The notes below the pieces were generated by a model that saw only the letters and a list, made by a program, of their open reading frames with translations, had not been told where the DNA came from and made no database searches. DNA of 64,000 bases from Squalus acanthias (Eukaryota), in the NCBI GenBank assembly GCA_030390025.1, contig CM059432.1, positions 38,690,001 to 38,754,000 on the forward strand. The letters are read 5' to 3'. The position numbers were made by a program, and so were the translations under genes. This document shows positions 1-13,690 of the stretch, piece by piece. Each line of letters begins with the position of its first letter. Position 1 is the stretch's first letter.

Positions 1-199
1 GCCAAAAATCAGAGTTAAATTCCAAACTGAACCACCTACACCGAAGTTCAGCTGCACAATCATGTGGAAAGCCAGCATACGCAGCTCATCAAATCTGTAA
101 AGTCAGTGGGCAGCTGACCCACAGAGGCCAGAAAAATCCCAATTTTGATTCCCAGTTGGTACCGAGTCAGCAGAGATCTCAGTCCAGGATGAAAATAAG

Positions 200-335
200 G
201 GGGTGAATTTCATCGGGGCATCTCCTTCTCGACCACCGTAACTTTGGCAGAAGTCCCACTTACACACAAAGCGGGGGGGGGGGTTTCTGCTGAACCTACG
301 GTGGAGCGGAAGAAGCTCTATGGAAATTCATCCCC
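200..335. mobile_element. Small MITE within an old SINE-like repeat
   Basis: GGGGTGAATTTC / GAAATTCATCCCC inverted ends, AAG on both sides. Confidence 0.5.
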
Positions 336-2214
336 AAGCATGTTGGCCTCAATACCCCTGGAAATAGGAGCGGGGAAAAAAATTGCTATCCTGTGACCCC
401 CTGCTGCAAAGTGAGCTCGTCAGGTGAGAATAAGTTCAAGTACATTGCTTCTCCTCGCCATGCACCTGAATAGCCTGGTGACACTCGCAGTCTAGGCTCA
501 CACAGGAAGCAAGGCCACCTTGTGCGTTACAGGAAGGTAGCTGTGGAACATAACCCAGCAAGAGTCAGTGCCTTCAGGAGAAACAGAAAGAAACAGTACC
601 CATCTGTAAGAGACACAAAAAAAATATAGTGCTGTGCACCATCGACTCTGCTCCGAGATTCCTAAAGTTAAATGATTCAGAGCGACAAACATGCTGTGCA
701 GTCAAAACAACGATGCAAGACCAACCATAAATCTCAAAGGACCATTAGCCAATGTCAAACATTAGAACTTTGGAATAAACAGGATAAAATCTGACTGTAG
801 AATTTAAACTTCAGCACAATACAATTTGCTTTGAAGTATTTGTTAAGAACATGTGTACTCTGCATTTAACTTCAACTAGTTTTGGAAGTTTTAGAAGAAA
901 ATTCAGGTCCCCAGTGGATAAATGTGGCACCAAGCATTGAGCCACACAGAGCAGGAAGGACCAGTCCTGAGAAAGATGATTTCTGCTTTGGCAGTGGTGG
1001 GGAAAAACAATCTAAATCTGATATCAAATCAATAGGGCAACAGCATTAATACACTGAAACTACATTACAAGCTATAATTCTAATAAATAATAAAGCAAAC
1101 ACCTACAATTTGTGATTACAAGGAAAACATTTTCTCTGCTAAAATAGGTTTCAGGCAAAACAGACCTTCAACAACCCATTAGCAAGTGAACAGTGAACCA
1201 TAGAAAGAAGGGCAGACATAGAGGCATGTAAATGTTATTTTAAACTAATGCATTATAAAAAGCTCAGTTTTTGATCTAAAATTTTTACTTGAAAACATTT
1301 TTTTGTTCCACTCTGCCTGTAGGGTATTAACTGGTATGTTAATGCAGTATGTGGAAAAGGGATCCAAAAAAAATCAATTGGTTTCAAAACAAACTGTACA
1401 GACCAACATTTTACATTTTCTAGGCAGGCGCCACATTCCAAGCCCTGCAGCTTCACAACAGATCGCTTGTACTCATGTTTCACGTGGTCCATTCAGAACA
1501 GGACAGGATTAAACTGGACAGGAAATGTCTCCTCTGTTTCTTCCTGCTTCAGATCCCAAACATCAAAACAAAGCTGGTCCCAAGATTCTTCAACTATGCA
1601 TTAATTAAACCAAAATATATAGAACTTTGTGCTAATATTTAACCATACAGGAAGTTTGAGACATAAAAATGATCCTATACAGGGACAGAAAACAGATTTT
1701 TCCTTCCTCTCCCCTCCAATATATTACATTCCCCTTCAGTCTCTCACTCCACGGGGTTCTTTTACACAACAGGATACCTTCCAGCAGCGCTCGGGGAGTT
1801 TGAGTAGGTTTGCAACAATTGCAACTTGCACAGCCCCAAATATTTTTAATAGCTTGAACCAAATGGTCCTAATAAAAAGGCAAAATTATTTCTCAAATTT
1901 AAACAACTCTCCTCTGCCCAGTCAACTGTCGTGACATTGATACTTTGGTCAGTTTGTTCTGCAGTTGCCTTGCTGCTGCTGGTAACACCCTTCATCTGCA
2001 CCAGATCCCAAGCAAACAATCTCCTACACCAATTGATTCCCTGGTATATTAACCATATCCTATGTACTCCTAGTCCCACAACCGAGTGTAAGACTGGCTT
2101 AACTGTCCATCAGCAGATCTCGCTTGACCACCTCAAGCAGTATGGCTAGTCCCTCTCTGGGACCAAATCCTATTATATCCTGGACAGACACAACTCAAAT
2201 TTATAAAATGAAAA

Positions 2215-2627
2215 CAAAGCTTGTTTTTATAGAACACCTTTCACGTCCTCAGAACATCCAAGTGCTTCGTAATGATGAATTATTTTTGAAGTGCTATCAC
2301 TGTTGTATAAGCCAACATAGCTGCAAATTTGCACGTAGCAATGTCCCACAAACAGCAATGAGATAAATGATCAGATAATGTGTTTTGGTGGTGTTGATTG
2401 AGGGATAAATGCTGGCCAGAACACCATAAGAACGCACCTGCTTGATGAATATAGCCATGTGATTATTTACATCCACCCAAACAAGGTCTTTGTTTAAAAA
2501 TGGCACCTCCAATAGTGCAGCACCACTGCACTAAAACATTCGTCTAGATTATGTGTTCAAGTCCTGGAATGGGGCTTGGACCCACAATCTACTGACTTAA
2601 GAGGCAAAAGTGCGACCAATTGAGTCT
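2215..2627 (-). mobile_element. Diverged SacSINE1-type DeuSINE
   Basis: Reverse complement colinear with 39372-39838 (CCCACAAACAGCAATG, ATAGCCATG..GAT). Confidence 0.8.
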
Positions 2628-2639
2628 AGAACAACCCAA

Positions 2640-3270
2640 AAATCCTCTTCTCCATTATAAACTACCTACACCTTCCCTCCAGCATGCCCCTTGTCCTGAC
2701 TTTAGATGCCCAACATGACAAGTTTATGAATTTTTGTTTCTAAAACTGGAGGCCATCCGCTTAAGCTGCCTTTTCCTCTATTCACTGATCTCCCATGCCC
2801 CTCATTCCTCCCACCGTTCCAAACAATTTAGCACTCACTGCAGCATCTTTCTCATCTCACTCCCACCTCTCAAAAATCATCTCCTTCATGAAGCCCTTCA
2901 GTTGTTGACCAGCTAAACTTCCCTTTCTTGGCACCAAACTTGCTTTCAACTTCTCTCTAGCCTCTGGCATTGTTTCCCATTCTTTCAGAGCAATGTACAT
3001 CACACTGCTCTTGACTATTATTTTTAACACCATCTCCAACCTATCCTTGCTCTCAGAGATCCTTCAATGCATCGTTGCTATCAAGCTGTACTCTCACCTC
3101 TTTCATCAATCTGGCTCAGTTCTTTCCAGACCCGTTTCTGACTAAGCCACAGCAGCAAGATCACCCTGGTCAAAGTAATTAGCAGCCAGTGCTGCGGTGA
3201 CCATGGATTTCTTCTCTCCTTGATCTCTCTGCTACCTTCAATCGGACCAATTTTCCCCGCAATATCTGCT
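2640..3270 (+). mobile_element. Highly decayed L2-like LINE RT fragment
   Basis: C/T-rich strand with remnants resembling SL-SG-VP--FK-A, ISNL--LS-IL and LLLLDLSA-F. Confidence 0.55.
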
Positions 3271-5930
3271 CCTCTGAGTACTCTTACTCTCTGCTCCTTC
3301 GGAGATTGATCATTCAGTGGATATGCCCATAATCTCCAAAATTCTATCCCAGAAATTAATTCCCCTGCAATTCCTCATTTTTCTGTTGGGTGTCCACCCC
3401 TTCCTTTGTGTGTGTGAGAAACACAAGATAAGTGCAAGTTGTAATTTTGCAACGTCAGCTATTCAAACGTGGCTCCAAGAACTTACGGAGGGGGGGAAGT
3501 AAAACGATATTGGCTTCAGAGAGACATTCAAAGGAGGCCAGGAGCAATAGGAAAGAGAAAAGGGTGGGGGTGTTCTTATCATAAAATAAACATTCAGACA
3601 GTGTTCCCACGTCGTCATATTTACCAAGCACAAGTCGTCTTATTCAATCCCATTGCTCCATGACTCTTCCTCACATATGATATGATTCAATCTCACAGCT
3701 GTATGCATTCCTCAGCCACTAGGTCATCCTTTTCCATCCTTCACACATATGTGCAAGCTTATACACAACTATTTCAGACAATTTACAAACCCAGAAAGAC
3801 GATGCCCTCAGCTAATCTCAAGACTAGTTTGCCGTAACCCAGCATATGCAAAACACAAAAAATTTTGCATCAGCAGATTGCTAGAAGTTCGCAGCCAACT
3901 CTGCATGGCTCATTAACTATCCCCCTGTGATACTTGGTGAATGTTAACTTCCGATCTCTAACAGTACTTCCTCAAAAAGGAAGTTTCAGGAAGGAATTAA
4001 AAAGGTTCTGGGACTCCAAAAATAGCAATTGAAAAAGAAATCAGAACAAGTATTAAGACCAACTGTTCAGGGCTCTCCCTAGTGACTGATCCCTGAAAAA
4101 AAACTCAGCCTTATTTTCAAACCTCATGTTGCTTCACTACCTCGCTCTTTTTAACGATCAAACTGTCGTTTTTCACACTTCTCTTCTCCCGCCCCCCACT
4201 TGGGCAAATAACACGCATAAGCCATCCAAACCTTCACTGCTCGCAGACACAGCTTTACCAACAGACACCAAGTCTGACCTGGTGAAATGCAGAACAAATG
4301 TCGGACATTTCACAGCCTCACATTAATCTCTTTGGTTGATTGTTGCTGTAGAGGTGCTACTGGGGCAGTGTCCTCTACACAGGACAAGAAATAAATAGAT
4401 TATGCAAATTGCAGAGAGAGACACAGGGAGGGAAAGCATTTACAGAGTAGGTTGCAAGTTATTTAACAAAAAAACTGAAATGTTAAAAAGAGAGACATGC
4501 AAATAGTTCTGGCAAGTAAAAGTATCACTTGTGGTGTAAGGTCAGTTTGCTCTTGTGCTAATCTATGCGTTCATTTTAAAAAATGACAATCGGGGAATAT
4601 TACCGCAAGTAGCAAATAATGCAATAACTTGTGGAGGCAATCCTGTAACAAACAACCCAAGGTCATTTTCAGTCAGAGACAAAGAGATTTCACATTTGTC
4701 GTTGGGCTGTCATTCTTCAGTCTGGCTGTGAAAAAGTTATACGGTCAGTAGAATGATCTTGTCCCAAACATCAGGGAAAGTCCCAGACAGACTGGCAAAG
4801 CCAAGAAATGATTTAGTTGTGCATCTGCGAGACTGCACATATGTTTGGAGCAACTGCATATGTGCAGGATTCCATTGCTGCCAAATCCACCCAGGGCGAT
4901 GGAGGCACGACAGAACCTAGCACACACCACTGAACTGCTTCAGTTTGATTAAAATGCGAGAGAAAAGTCACCGAGTTTCGCAGTTACTGTTCACAGACAG
5001 AATCATAATAAGCTTCTCCCCCTGCTGATTCAGAACCATAAAGCTGACTTTCAAAACCATTTACGTAGACAATATTCAGGATTCAACAGACAACTTACTG
5101 TGGTTTTACGCCAGCTTTTGTTCTGGTTACCAGTCACAGTCTAATCTAATCTTGGACTATTTTGTTACATTGCTCTTCTTGGACCAAGGTTTTTATTTTA
5201 TGCTCAGGAGAGTGGAAGAGCCTTTTAAAATGATGTTAGTTTTGCCCAATGCAGCAACATTTTATTGCCTAAATTTTAAAAAAAATTAGTACATTTCAGA
5301 AAGTAAGAGTTTTCCTACAAATCAAGAGGACAGTAAAATGGTATTTCTGTTTACTTTACAAAATATATTGTAGAGAAAACAGACAACTGAAGCCATCACT
5401 ATGCACCAAGTCTGACCCATCAACAATATTTCCTTTAACGACTGCAACCTCATCTTCAGCCAAAGGATAAATGAGAGTTAAAACTAACCTAGCTCCTCCA
5501 AAATATTTATAGCAGAACTCTGAAATGGTCTAAATATCTACTGCAGATGTCTTGAAACCCAACGGACCAAGAGATATACATTACAGAAATAAGTCACCAT
5601 GCCAATTTCATTGCACATATAAACAGACAGTGTTTGGAGGCAAAACATTGAATGAGGTAATGTTTCCTAGTATTAGAGCAAGATTTTTACTGTTGGCTTT
5701 GTCCCATTCACTATTACCTAGTGCTTCTGGGTTTTAAGATGTTGTTTTCACCATCAACCAGCTCTTCTGGAGGTTTTAGATACTAAAACTGAACACTTGC
5801 TGACTTTTGAAAGAAATTACACAAGCAAAAGATTATATGAAACCCTCACTCTCAAAAGTTGTAACAAGAACTGTTTCACAAAGTTTATTCCACCCCATGG
5901 TGAATCTGGGCTTGGTCTGACTCTCACATT

Positions 5931-6990
5931 GGGAGGAATTTTAACCTAAAAAAGGGATGGGAAAGAAGTGTTGAAAACCTGCCTCCAACCCGCCCACTTC
6001 CGGTTTTAACGGAGGCGGGCCAGGGACAGGCGGCCAATCTGTTGCTAGAAGGCGGGCCGTCTATTTAAATATTATAATAAGGCTGGAAGCCTCTGCTTTA
6101 ACCTCCAGTTGGTATTTAACTTTAGCTGGTTGGGTTTTGCATGTCTCGTGAAACCCACCAGCCAATGCAAGGCGAGGACTGCTGGATCCAGGAGCCAAGT
6201 GCCTTTACACTAACCTCCTGGATCCCTGCCTAACCCATCCCCACGATCGGAGACCCCTCCACGAGGCCGCCGATCCACTCATGAAGCCTCTCGACCCCAA
6301 CCCTGTGCTCCTCCAGGCCCGTGATCTCTGCCTCCCTACCCCACCTCCCAAACCGTTTCTCCAGGCCAATCTTTTAGCGATCCTCCCGCACCTCCGGCCG
6401 ACCCCAATCATTTCACGATCTCCATCCCTCCTCCTCCAGGCCGACCCCGATCTTTTTCGCGATTCCCCCCCCCCACCCCACCTCCCAAACCCGCTCCTCC
6501 GGCTGAGCAAGGCCCTCACGCGATCCTCGCCTCCCCACCCGCTCCTCCAGGCCGATACCCGATCTTTCCACGACCACCGCTCCCCCCACCCCACATCCCC
6601 CCGGCACCTCCAGCCAACCCCGAACTTTTCGCAATCCCCCTCTGTTCCTTCAGGCCGCCAATCTTTTCAGACCACTGCCCCGACCGACCCCAATCGTTTC
6701 GCAATCACCCCACTCCTCCAGGGTGCCGATCTTTTATCAATCCCCACCCCTGCACCTCCAGGCCAACCCCGATCTTTTCACAATCCCCCTCTGCTCCTCC
6801 AGATCGCCCCTGCCCGACCCCACGCGATCCCTCCCTCCCTCCTCTGTGCAGCCTAGTGCCACAGGCCTATCTATCGGGCTGGCTGTGGGTGGGATACAGA
6901 GGCTTTCCATTCAAATCAAATGGAGGGGCGGGGGGGGGAGGTGGGAAAGAGGGGTTAAGTGCAGGAGATAGCACCTGAAAATTGGACCCC
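5931..6990. mobile_element. MITE family D with internal C-rich tandem expansion
   Basis: Ends GGGAGGAATTTTAACC / AAAATTGGACCCC; 5931-6230 is homologous to the reverse complement of about 40500-40780. Confidence 0.72.
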
Positions 6991-7125
6991 AGCTCCTATT
7001 TTTTTTGCCCAGAAATCAGGCATGATAGAAACTAGTTTCTTCCCCAGTGTGTGAAAGAAATCATTTTGCAGTCAAGATTCAGTCTACTCTTTTACATGCT
7101 GAATTTGTCCATTTATCAAATTTCA

Positions 7126-7877
7126 GGGAGTTCTCCTAGGGCCCTAAATCAGAAAAGTTGGAAAAGTTAGCACCAGATGCCAACCTCTTCCAGCCTCTCT
7201 GAAATTTCTAATTTTTGCTCCAAGAGGGAAGTGGAGCACTAAATCAAGCACTCCACTTCCTTCTTGGAGCGCGAGGAGGGAAGTTCATGACCCGGGGCGA
7301 TGTGCTCAGCAGCACCACCAGTGGCCACGCTTGGCGCTGCTGCGTTGCAGGGGCTCTTCCCTGAATTAAAGGGAAGGGCCCCACGCTGTGACCTCTGCAG
7401 TTTTTATTAAAATGTACCTGGACCACGGGGGAGCAGGGGGTGCTGCGCGATCAGCCCAGCACTCAAGCAGAGAGCCGGGCTGACCGATCGAAGCATGGAT
7501 CCCGCTTCCAGAGGCGCAAAAAGGTTTTTCTTTTTTTTTTTAATCTGTCTTTTTTTTCCCCAGTGTGGCCGGCCACCTCACCTTTAACTTCCACCTCGCT
7601 AGTGTCTGACTGCCCTGCTCGCGTCCCCTGCAGCAGTCGCTGCCATCGCCCGGCGCTGCTGCAGGGAGCGAAGGGAAGTGTGTGTGCCGGGGCACTACGC
7701 CCGGAGATGACGTCACGATCTCTGGGCACGAGATCGGGGCCCAACCTGCTAGTGCCGCCGCTAACCTCCCATGGAATTTGGCGGGAGGCGCGGCCAGCGC
7801 CACGCCCGGGCGTAAAGACCTTTGCGCCCCATTAGCACCCCCCACGAGAGGCGCAAAGGAGGAGAATTTCTCCCCCC
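7126..7877. mobile_element. GC-rich Harbinger-type MITE, family B
   Basis: Right end GGAGAATTTCTCCCCC; internal homology with 38355-39025; left end approximate. Confidence 0.68.
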
Positions 7878-9228
7878 TAGTGTATTTGCTAACGTTTATC
7901 CTTCGATTAACACCACAAAAAGCAGATTACGAGTCATATATCTAATTGTTGAGAGTCCTTGCAAATTGACTGCCATGTTTGTGCACAAAGGAACAGTGAC
8001 TATGCTTCAAAAATGATTCCGGGGTTTTGTGGTGCTTTGGGACATCCCGCGGACAGGAGAGGCGCTAAATAAATGCAAATTCTTTCTTTCCTTCAAGTAT
8101 TACTGTGATTACTTGTCCTACTTTTTATATTGCAGGCACAGTGTCATAGGTTACACTGTATATACAATGCTGAAAAATGCAGAGAAATACCCAGCTCAAC
8201 AGATTATTACTTAGAACTGAAACAAAAGAACGTAAAATCTTACAGGGGGACAAAAGAACATAATTGTTGGGTTTACACTCAAAAGACTGTAAATGGTCTC
8301 GTTTTAACAGGATTTTTAGGAAGGATGTGTGCACCTGCATCAGTGGAAATGTAATGACAAAGACTGTGGGGAACTGTACAACCAGGAATTTGTTTTAATT
8401 CCCTCCTTTCGCACTGTTCCAGGCATCTGCTAAAACTGTTGTATATTCATTGGCTGGGAGGGTAACTCATCCCTCATGGTGCATCAATTCACTGTACTCT
8501 TGTTTTGCAGCATGTTTAATTTCAACTGCAACTCTCGGGACATAATCAGTTTGTCATTGATAGTGGTAACTTAATGGCATCATGACACTTTCGGATTGAG
8601 AGCAGTAGTGAATGTGATGGGTCACGACCCAAAATAGACTAAACCAATAATAATTACTCTTACAATCAAACTCACTTTCCTGCTTTAGTTTGTTTAAAAA
8701 AAAAACACGCTGAATTTATCTGCTTAAGCAAGGGACTGAACATTAAAACAAAAAGGCCATGAACCAATACTCAGACAATACTCAGCCCTGTGTTGCTGGG
8801 ATTGTGGATAGGTCATTTGTGGAATTCAAGTCGTGATGGCTGATTAAAGTTTTGCTTAATGGTCAAGGAGAAATGTCACATGTACAAGGTCTGTTAAAGG
8901 CACAGGCTTAATAGCTTTCTTCAATTCCACATTTTAGTCTATTTGTGCACTCTTGGTAATAAAGATCATCATAAAAAAGTTCCTTTAAAAAGAGACTGAC
9001 ATAATACAAATTATTCACTACCTGCCACTATCCCAAATTCCCGGGGGGTGGGGGGGGGGGGCTGGGTGTTAAAAAAGGGTTAGAGAAAAAATGTCTTTGT
9101 TGAGCTAAAATGTTTTTATTCTAATTTCCTGAGATTTGGTTAGCAAAATACAAGTGTTTTAGCAATTTGAAGGTCAAAGAAAAAGAATAAATAACTTTCA
9201 CCTAGTGCCTTCTCAGACCTCCTGGAGT

Positions 9229-10345
9229 GTCAGTTTGGCTCAGTGGCAGCATCCTCATCTAAAGCATAAGGTTGTCGGTTCAAGCCCCACTCTAGGACTT
9301 GAACACATAGGCCCAGAATTTGCGGTCCTGGTGACAGCAAACTGGCAGTGTTCGCCGTCATTTCGCCTTTGAAACTGACCGCAACTTCGAGATCCAGCGG
9401 CAGTTTGCTGTCACCAGGACCGCAAATTCTGGGCCAACCAGGCAGCCTAATGCGGAAATCCGGAAGTTGCGGTCTGTCATTCACTGCTCCTCCAAAGGCT
9501 GTGCTGTGGGTCCCCTCCAACAGAACCGGCAATCAGTGAAATCTCTCAAATCATGGAAACGGATGAAAACTTTGGCTCTTCTGCAGTAAGTACGTTGTTA
9601 AATTCCCCATTAACAGTTAGACCCAAAGGAATTAGGTGTAACTGGGGTTTTAACAGTGCATTGACTGCTAAACAAAGGTTATGGCCCTGAAAAACTATTT
9701 AGTTTTGTGCAGTGTCAAATGTATCCATTTTAATAAAAATTCAAATCAAGAAACTATTAAAAAAATGTAATTTTTTAAGTTTGTTCATCTTTATTTCAGG
9801 TTTGCCTTTTCTCATGAGAGCCCCAATCTTTGTTTTGTTCTCTCTAACATTTTTTTTTTAAGTTAGAATTTTAAGAGCTTACTCACTTCCTTTAGTTCGC
9901 TGTGAGAATTCTGCGTTTTGATTGGCTGCTTAGACAGCTTGTTGACATCACAGCAGCTTGCGCTATGGGATTCCCACTAATCTACGTTGATTTGAATTAC
10001 GCGTCGGAAAACCCGAAGGTCGTGAGATCTTTGTGCGGCACTTACTTCGGGCCAGTGGCAAAGCCACTGACTGCAAATTCTGGGCCGTTATCCAGGCCGA
10101 GAGGTTAAATCAAAGCCCTCGGGGAATTCTCAGTGCACTGGCCAACATTCAGCCTCTATCAACACCACCAAAAAGCAGATTAACTGGTCATTAACTTCCA
10201 TTTGTTGTATGCAAGACATTGTAAGCAAAAGTGGTGCCAATCTGCACAAACACGTGACTACGTTTCATAAAAATAATCCATTGGCCATGAGGCACTTTGC
10301 GATGTCCTGAAGATGTGATACGCATTATACAAGTGCAAATTCTAT
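9229..10345 (+). mobile_element. DeuSINE split by a MITE (head 9229-9309, remainder 10088-10345)
   Basis: Head TGGCTCAGTGG..GGTTCAAGCCCCACTC..GAACACATA continues as TCCAGGCCGA after the MITE. Confidence 0.8.
9310..10087. mobile_element. PIF/Harbinger-type MITE, family A
   Basis: TIR GGCCCAGAATTTGCGGTC / GACTGCAAATTCTGGGCC; internally homologous to 38133-39342. Confidence 0.82.
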
Positions 10346-10735
10346 CAGGACATCCCAAAGTGCTTTATAATTAATTGCTTTGAAGCGCAGTCACTGTTGT
10401 TACATAGGCAAACATGCAGCCATTTTGCATAAAATGAAGTCCCACAAACTAGCATTAATATTAATGGCTAGAAAATCTGTTTTTTGGTGGTGTTGGTTGA
10501 GGGAGGAATATTGTCCAGGACACTGGGACAACTTCCTACTGTTTTACAAATAGTGCCATGGGATTATTAATGTTCACTTGAACCACTGGTTAGACAGATG
10601 GGTCTTGGTTTAACAAGTCAAACCAAAGGTCAGCACCTCTGACAATGCAGTACTTTCTGTCAGGCCTAGTCTTGGAGTGGGGCTTGAACCTACGATCTTT
10701 TGACGCAAGATGCGAGATTGCCAAGTATTTTAAGC
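10346..10735 (-). mobile_element. DeuSINE, tail-to-tail with the preceding copy
   Basis: Reverse complement colinear with 39372-39838. Confidence 0.82.
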
Positions 10736-11604
10736 AGAAACAAAAAGCATGAAAATGAGTCAAATGCAGTGCAGAAGTATGTAAACATCTCCTGTTTAGC
10801 ACAGCTAGACTTCTACTAATCAGATGTGATTGCTTTTATTTTGATATTGACCCACTTTAATTGTGGGAAGTGTTTTCAGCATTACACTGTATGAAACAGT
10901 ACATGTGTCTGGGATTTAGCTTGTAAATTCCCTCCTCCAGGCTTTGCACCACAAAATCTTCCAGCTGGCAGTGAGGTCGGTTACATCATACATTCAAGGA
11001 TTCCAAACATATGTTGCTTAAACAGTAACCCCTGGTTTGGTGAAAGATGATGTGGAAGATTATAAGCTTGTACAGTAATACTAAATTTCCTATGATTAGA
11101 TCCATGACTTGATCAGAGGCTGTGTGGGCTCCTATCTGAATGATTAATTTTCCCATTCAGTGAAGTTTAGCTCTCTAGTCCTTCCTATTACACAGTTATG
11201 GGCATTTAAACAACTTCAACAACACTTTATTTCACATTTAGTTTATAAAGTCCGAGTGTATAGATTCTATGGTAGACTTAGCCAAAATGGCACTATGTAC
11301 CAACTCTGTTAAATTGAGAGCTTGTTACATACAAAAGTTTATATTTGAGGTTTATTGCAAGTTCAGGTCGGACAAATTTTCTTTTTGGATCCAAGTGTCT
11401 GAAGATTACCGGTGATTAAGATTTGAAATTCAATATATTGAAAGGTTCTATTTTTCGGAATTTTCTTTTATCATTTGTTCTCAGGATATGGATGCTGGAA
11501 AGGCCACATTTATTGACCATTAGAAATGAAAAGCTCAGTTGATAACCAGCTTTTAAAAAACATACCAGAATCAAAGTTCTCAGGATAACAATTTTTTGTA
11601 GACA

Positions 11605-12145
11605 GTGGGAAACCGGGAGTTCTGGGGTGTCCGATCCCTGACCCCGAGACACGATGCCTGGGGAAGGGGGCGGGGTGCTGATCCACAACCCCGGGGCCAA
11701 GTAGTGATCCTGGGGAGGGTCCAATCCGCAACCCCGGGGCCGAGTAGCAATCGGGGGGGTGGGGGTGGGGGGGGTAGAGAAGGGGTCCAATCCCCGCCCC
11801 CAGGAGGGGTGGGCTGCTGGTGGGGGAGCTTGGAGGGCCGGGGAGGAAGCACTCCTGCTCTTCCTGGCCCACAAGGATTGCTTCCCGAGGCTGTACTTGC
11901 CTCGTTGCACCTGGGATTCCCGGCCGCCTGCAATTAAACCCGCACAGCAGGTTAAAGCCGAGGCTTCAGGCCTCAATATTTAAAATGCTAACCCACCTCC
12001 TGGCAGCAGGTTGGCTGTCCGCCCCCCGTACCGCCGGAGTAAAAGGTGTAAGTGGGCGGATTTTAGATTTTTCCAACTTTCACTTCCACCACCCCCCCCC
12101 CCCACCTCCAACCCACCCATTTTTTCCTGTGAAAATTCCCCCCCT
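11605..12145. mobile_element. MITE family D-related, probably truncated
   Basis: AATATTTAAA..CTCCTGGCAGC..CCGCCCC block and AAAATTCCCCCC end shared with 40110-40780. Confidence 0.6.
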
Positions 12146-13690
12146 ACGTGTCAGAATATCTCAGATCACATTAAGAATGCATTTCATGTTTGCACTCATG
12201 TTAATGACTTATGAATTAAAATGCACTTCAGAAAATGCAACCTCAGGAGATGTAAAATAGTGCTGCAATACAAAAAACAGAGCATCTTTAGGACAGTAAT
12301 GGATATACCTTAAAACATTGAAGCAGGGCAATGAAGACCAAAGGATAGGATACGGTGTCAACATTTTCCATTCAATTTGCTAGGTTAACAATCATGATGA
12401 GATTGCTTTAAATCTCAAAAATAAAGATCAGTTTTTTTTTGAGGAAGTGACAAACATCGACTGATCTTGTATACAAAAGCAGCACCCCTTTTAATGCTAC
12501 GCAAAATTGAGCAATATTTCAAGCTGTGTTTTCCAGAATTTCCAAGGAATATAGAACTTCCAATAGAACATTGCACCTTAAGGGATTTTGTAATCTTGGT
12601 TGAAAATTAAAAAAGAAATATATTTTGTATTAACAACACTTAGACAAATAAATATTGTGGACTATACTTACCAATCAACACATCATCATATCCTGCAATC
12701 CAGCCCTTCAACCAGTGAACAATAGTGAGTAAAACCTCAGCAGAATGCACCGTCACCAGTGTTTCATGAATTCAGGAATGTACCCACTCCTGCATGCTGT
12801 GCAATTAACTTCCTTCCACTTGAGGATTACGAGTCCCAGCTGTACATGCCCTGGTTGGCCTTTTTGTGTGCAAATTGTGTGCAAATTCCAATGAGATGAA
12901 ACAACCCTGATTGTGTTTACGGTCACCAGTCCTGCTCTGGGGAGCAGGAATTTGTGAAGCAGTCAAATGGGCCAAAGTAGTTAACCTTCAACTCCTGGAA
13001 CTGTGGCTAGATAGATCCCGTGTTTGAGTCTTACATCAATGTTATACTGCAAGAAAAGTACTATTACTAATATCAGAAATATTACACAGTACTACAATGT
13101 ACCCGAGTAGTTATTTTGCGATTATAACCCAGACTCATCTTTTGACAGCAACAATGTTTGCTTTGCAGTTTGTAAACTGCATGCCCATTAAAAAACTTGG
13201 TGCTGTTTTCTGTATCAATTAGATTTAAAGTTTCTAAATAAAAGCTTTCGCCTTCAATAAAATATACTTAGTGAAGTTAACACAAGCTAACCATTGTCAA
13301 TTTGAATTACTATGATTTATTCTTGAGGTTGAGGAATTAAGCTCTACCTGGGGGAATATTCCTTAATAACAACAGTGCACTGTTAAGGTGAGCAATTAAC
13401 TGCTAGAAGCATCATTCAGAGATGTTAAATCTTACTTGGCAGACAACAGATCCCAAGTCACTGCTCAATGTGTAGTAAAACAAAGGTATGAGAAACAGTT
13501 CAATGCCCATCAGCTACATAACTAAACACACAGCAAAATAAAGGAAAAACTATAAATTTTGAAAATCTGAAATAAAAACAGAAGATGCTGGAAATACACA
13601 AGAGGTCAGCCAGTATCTGTAAAAGAGTAAAGTCACATTATTGCATTTCGGCTGGGTACCTTTATGAAGGATACACACTCGAAACATCAA

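Noticed and set aside
6205..6856. 191-aa Pro-rich ORF and overlapping Gly/Arg-rich antisense ORFs
   Set aside because: Products of a low-complexity tandem array inside a MITE.
12672..13047. Possible minus-strand exon between TTCTTGCAG and GTAAGT
   Set aside because: All three frames close early; no support without RNA data.
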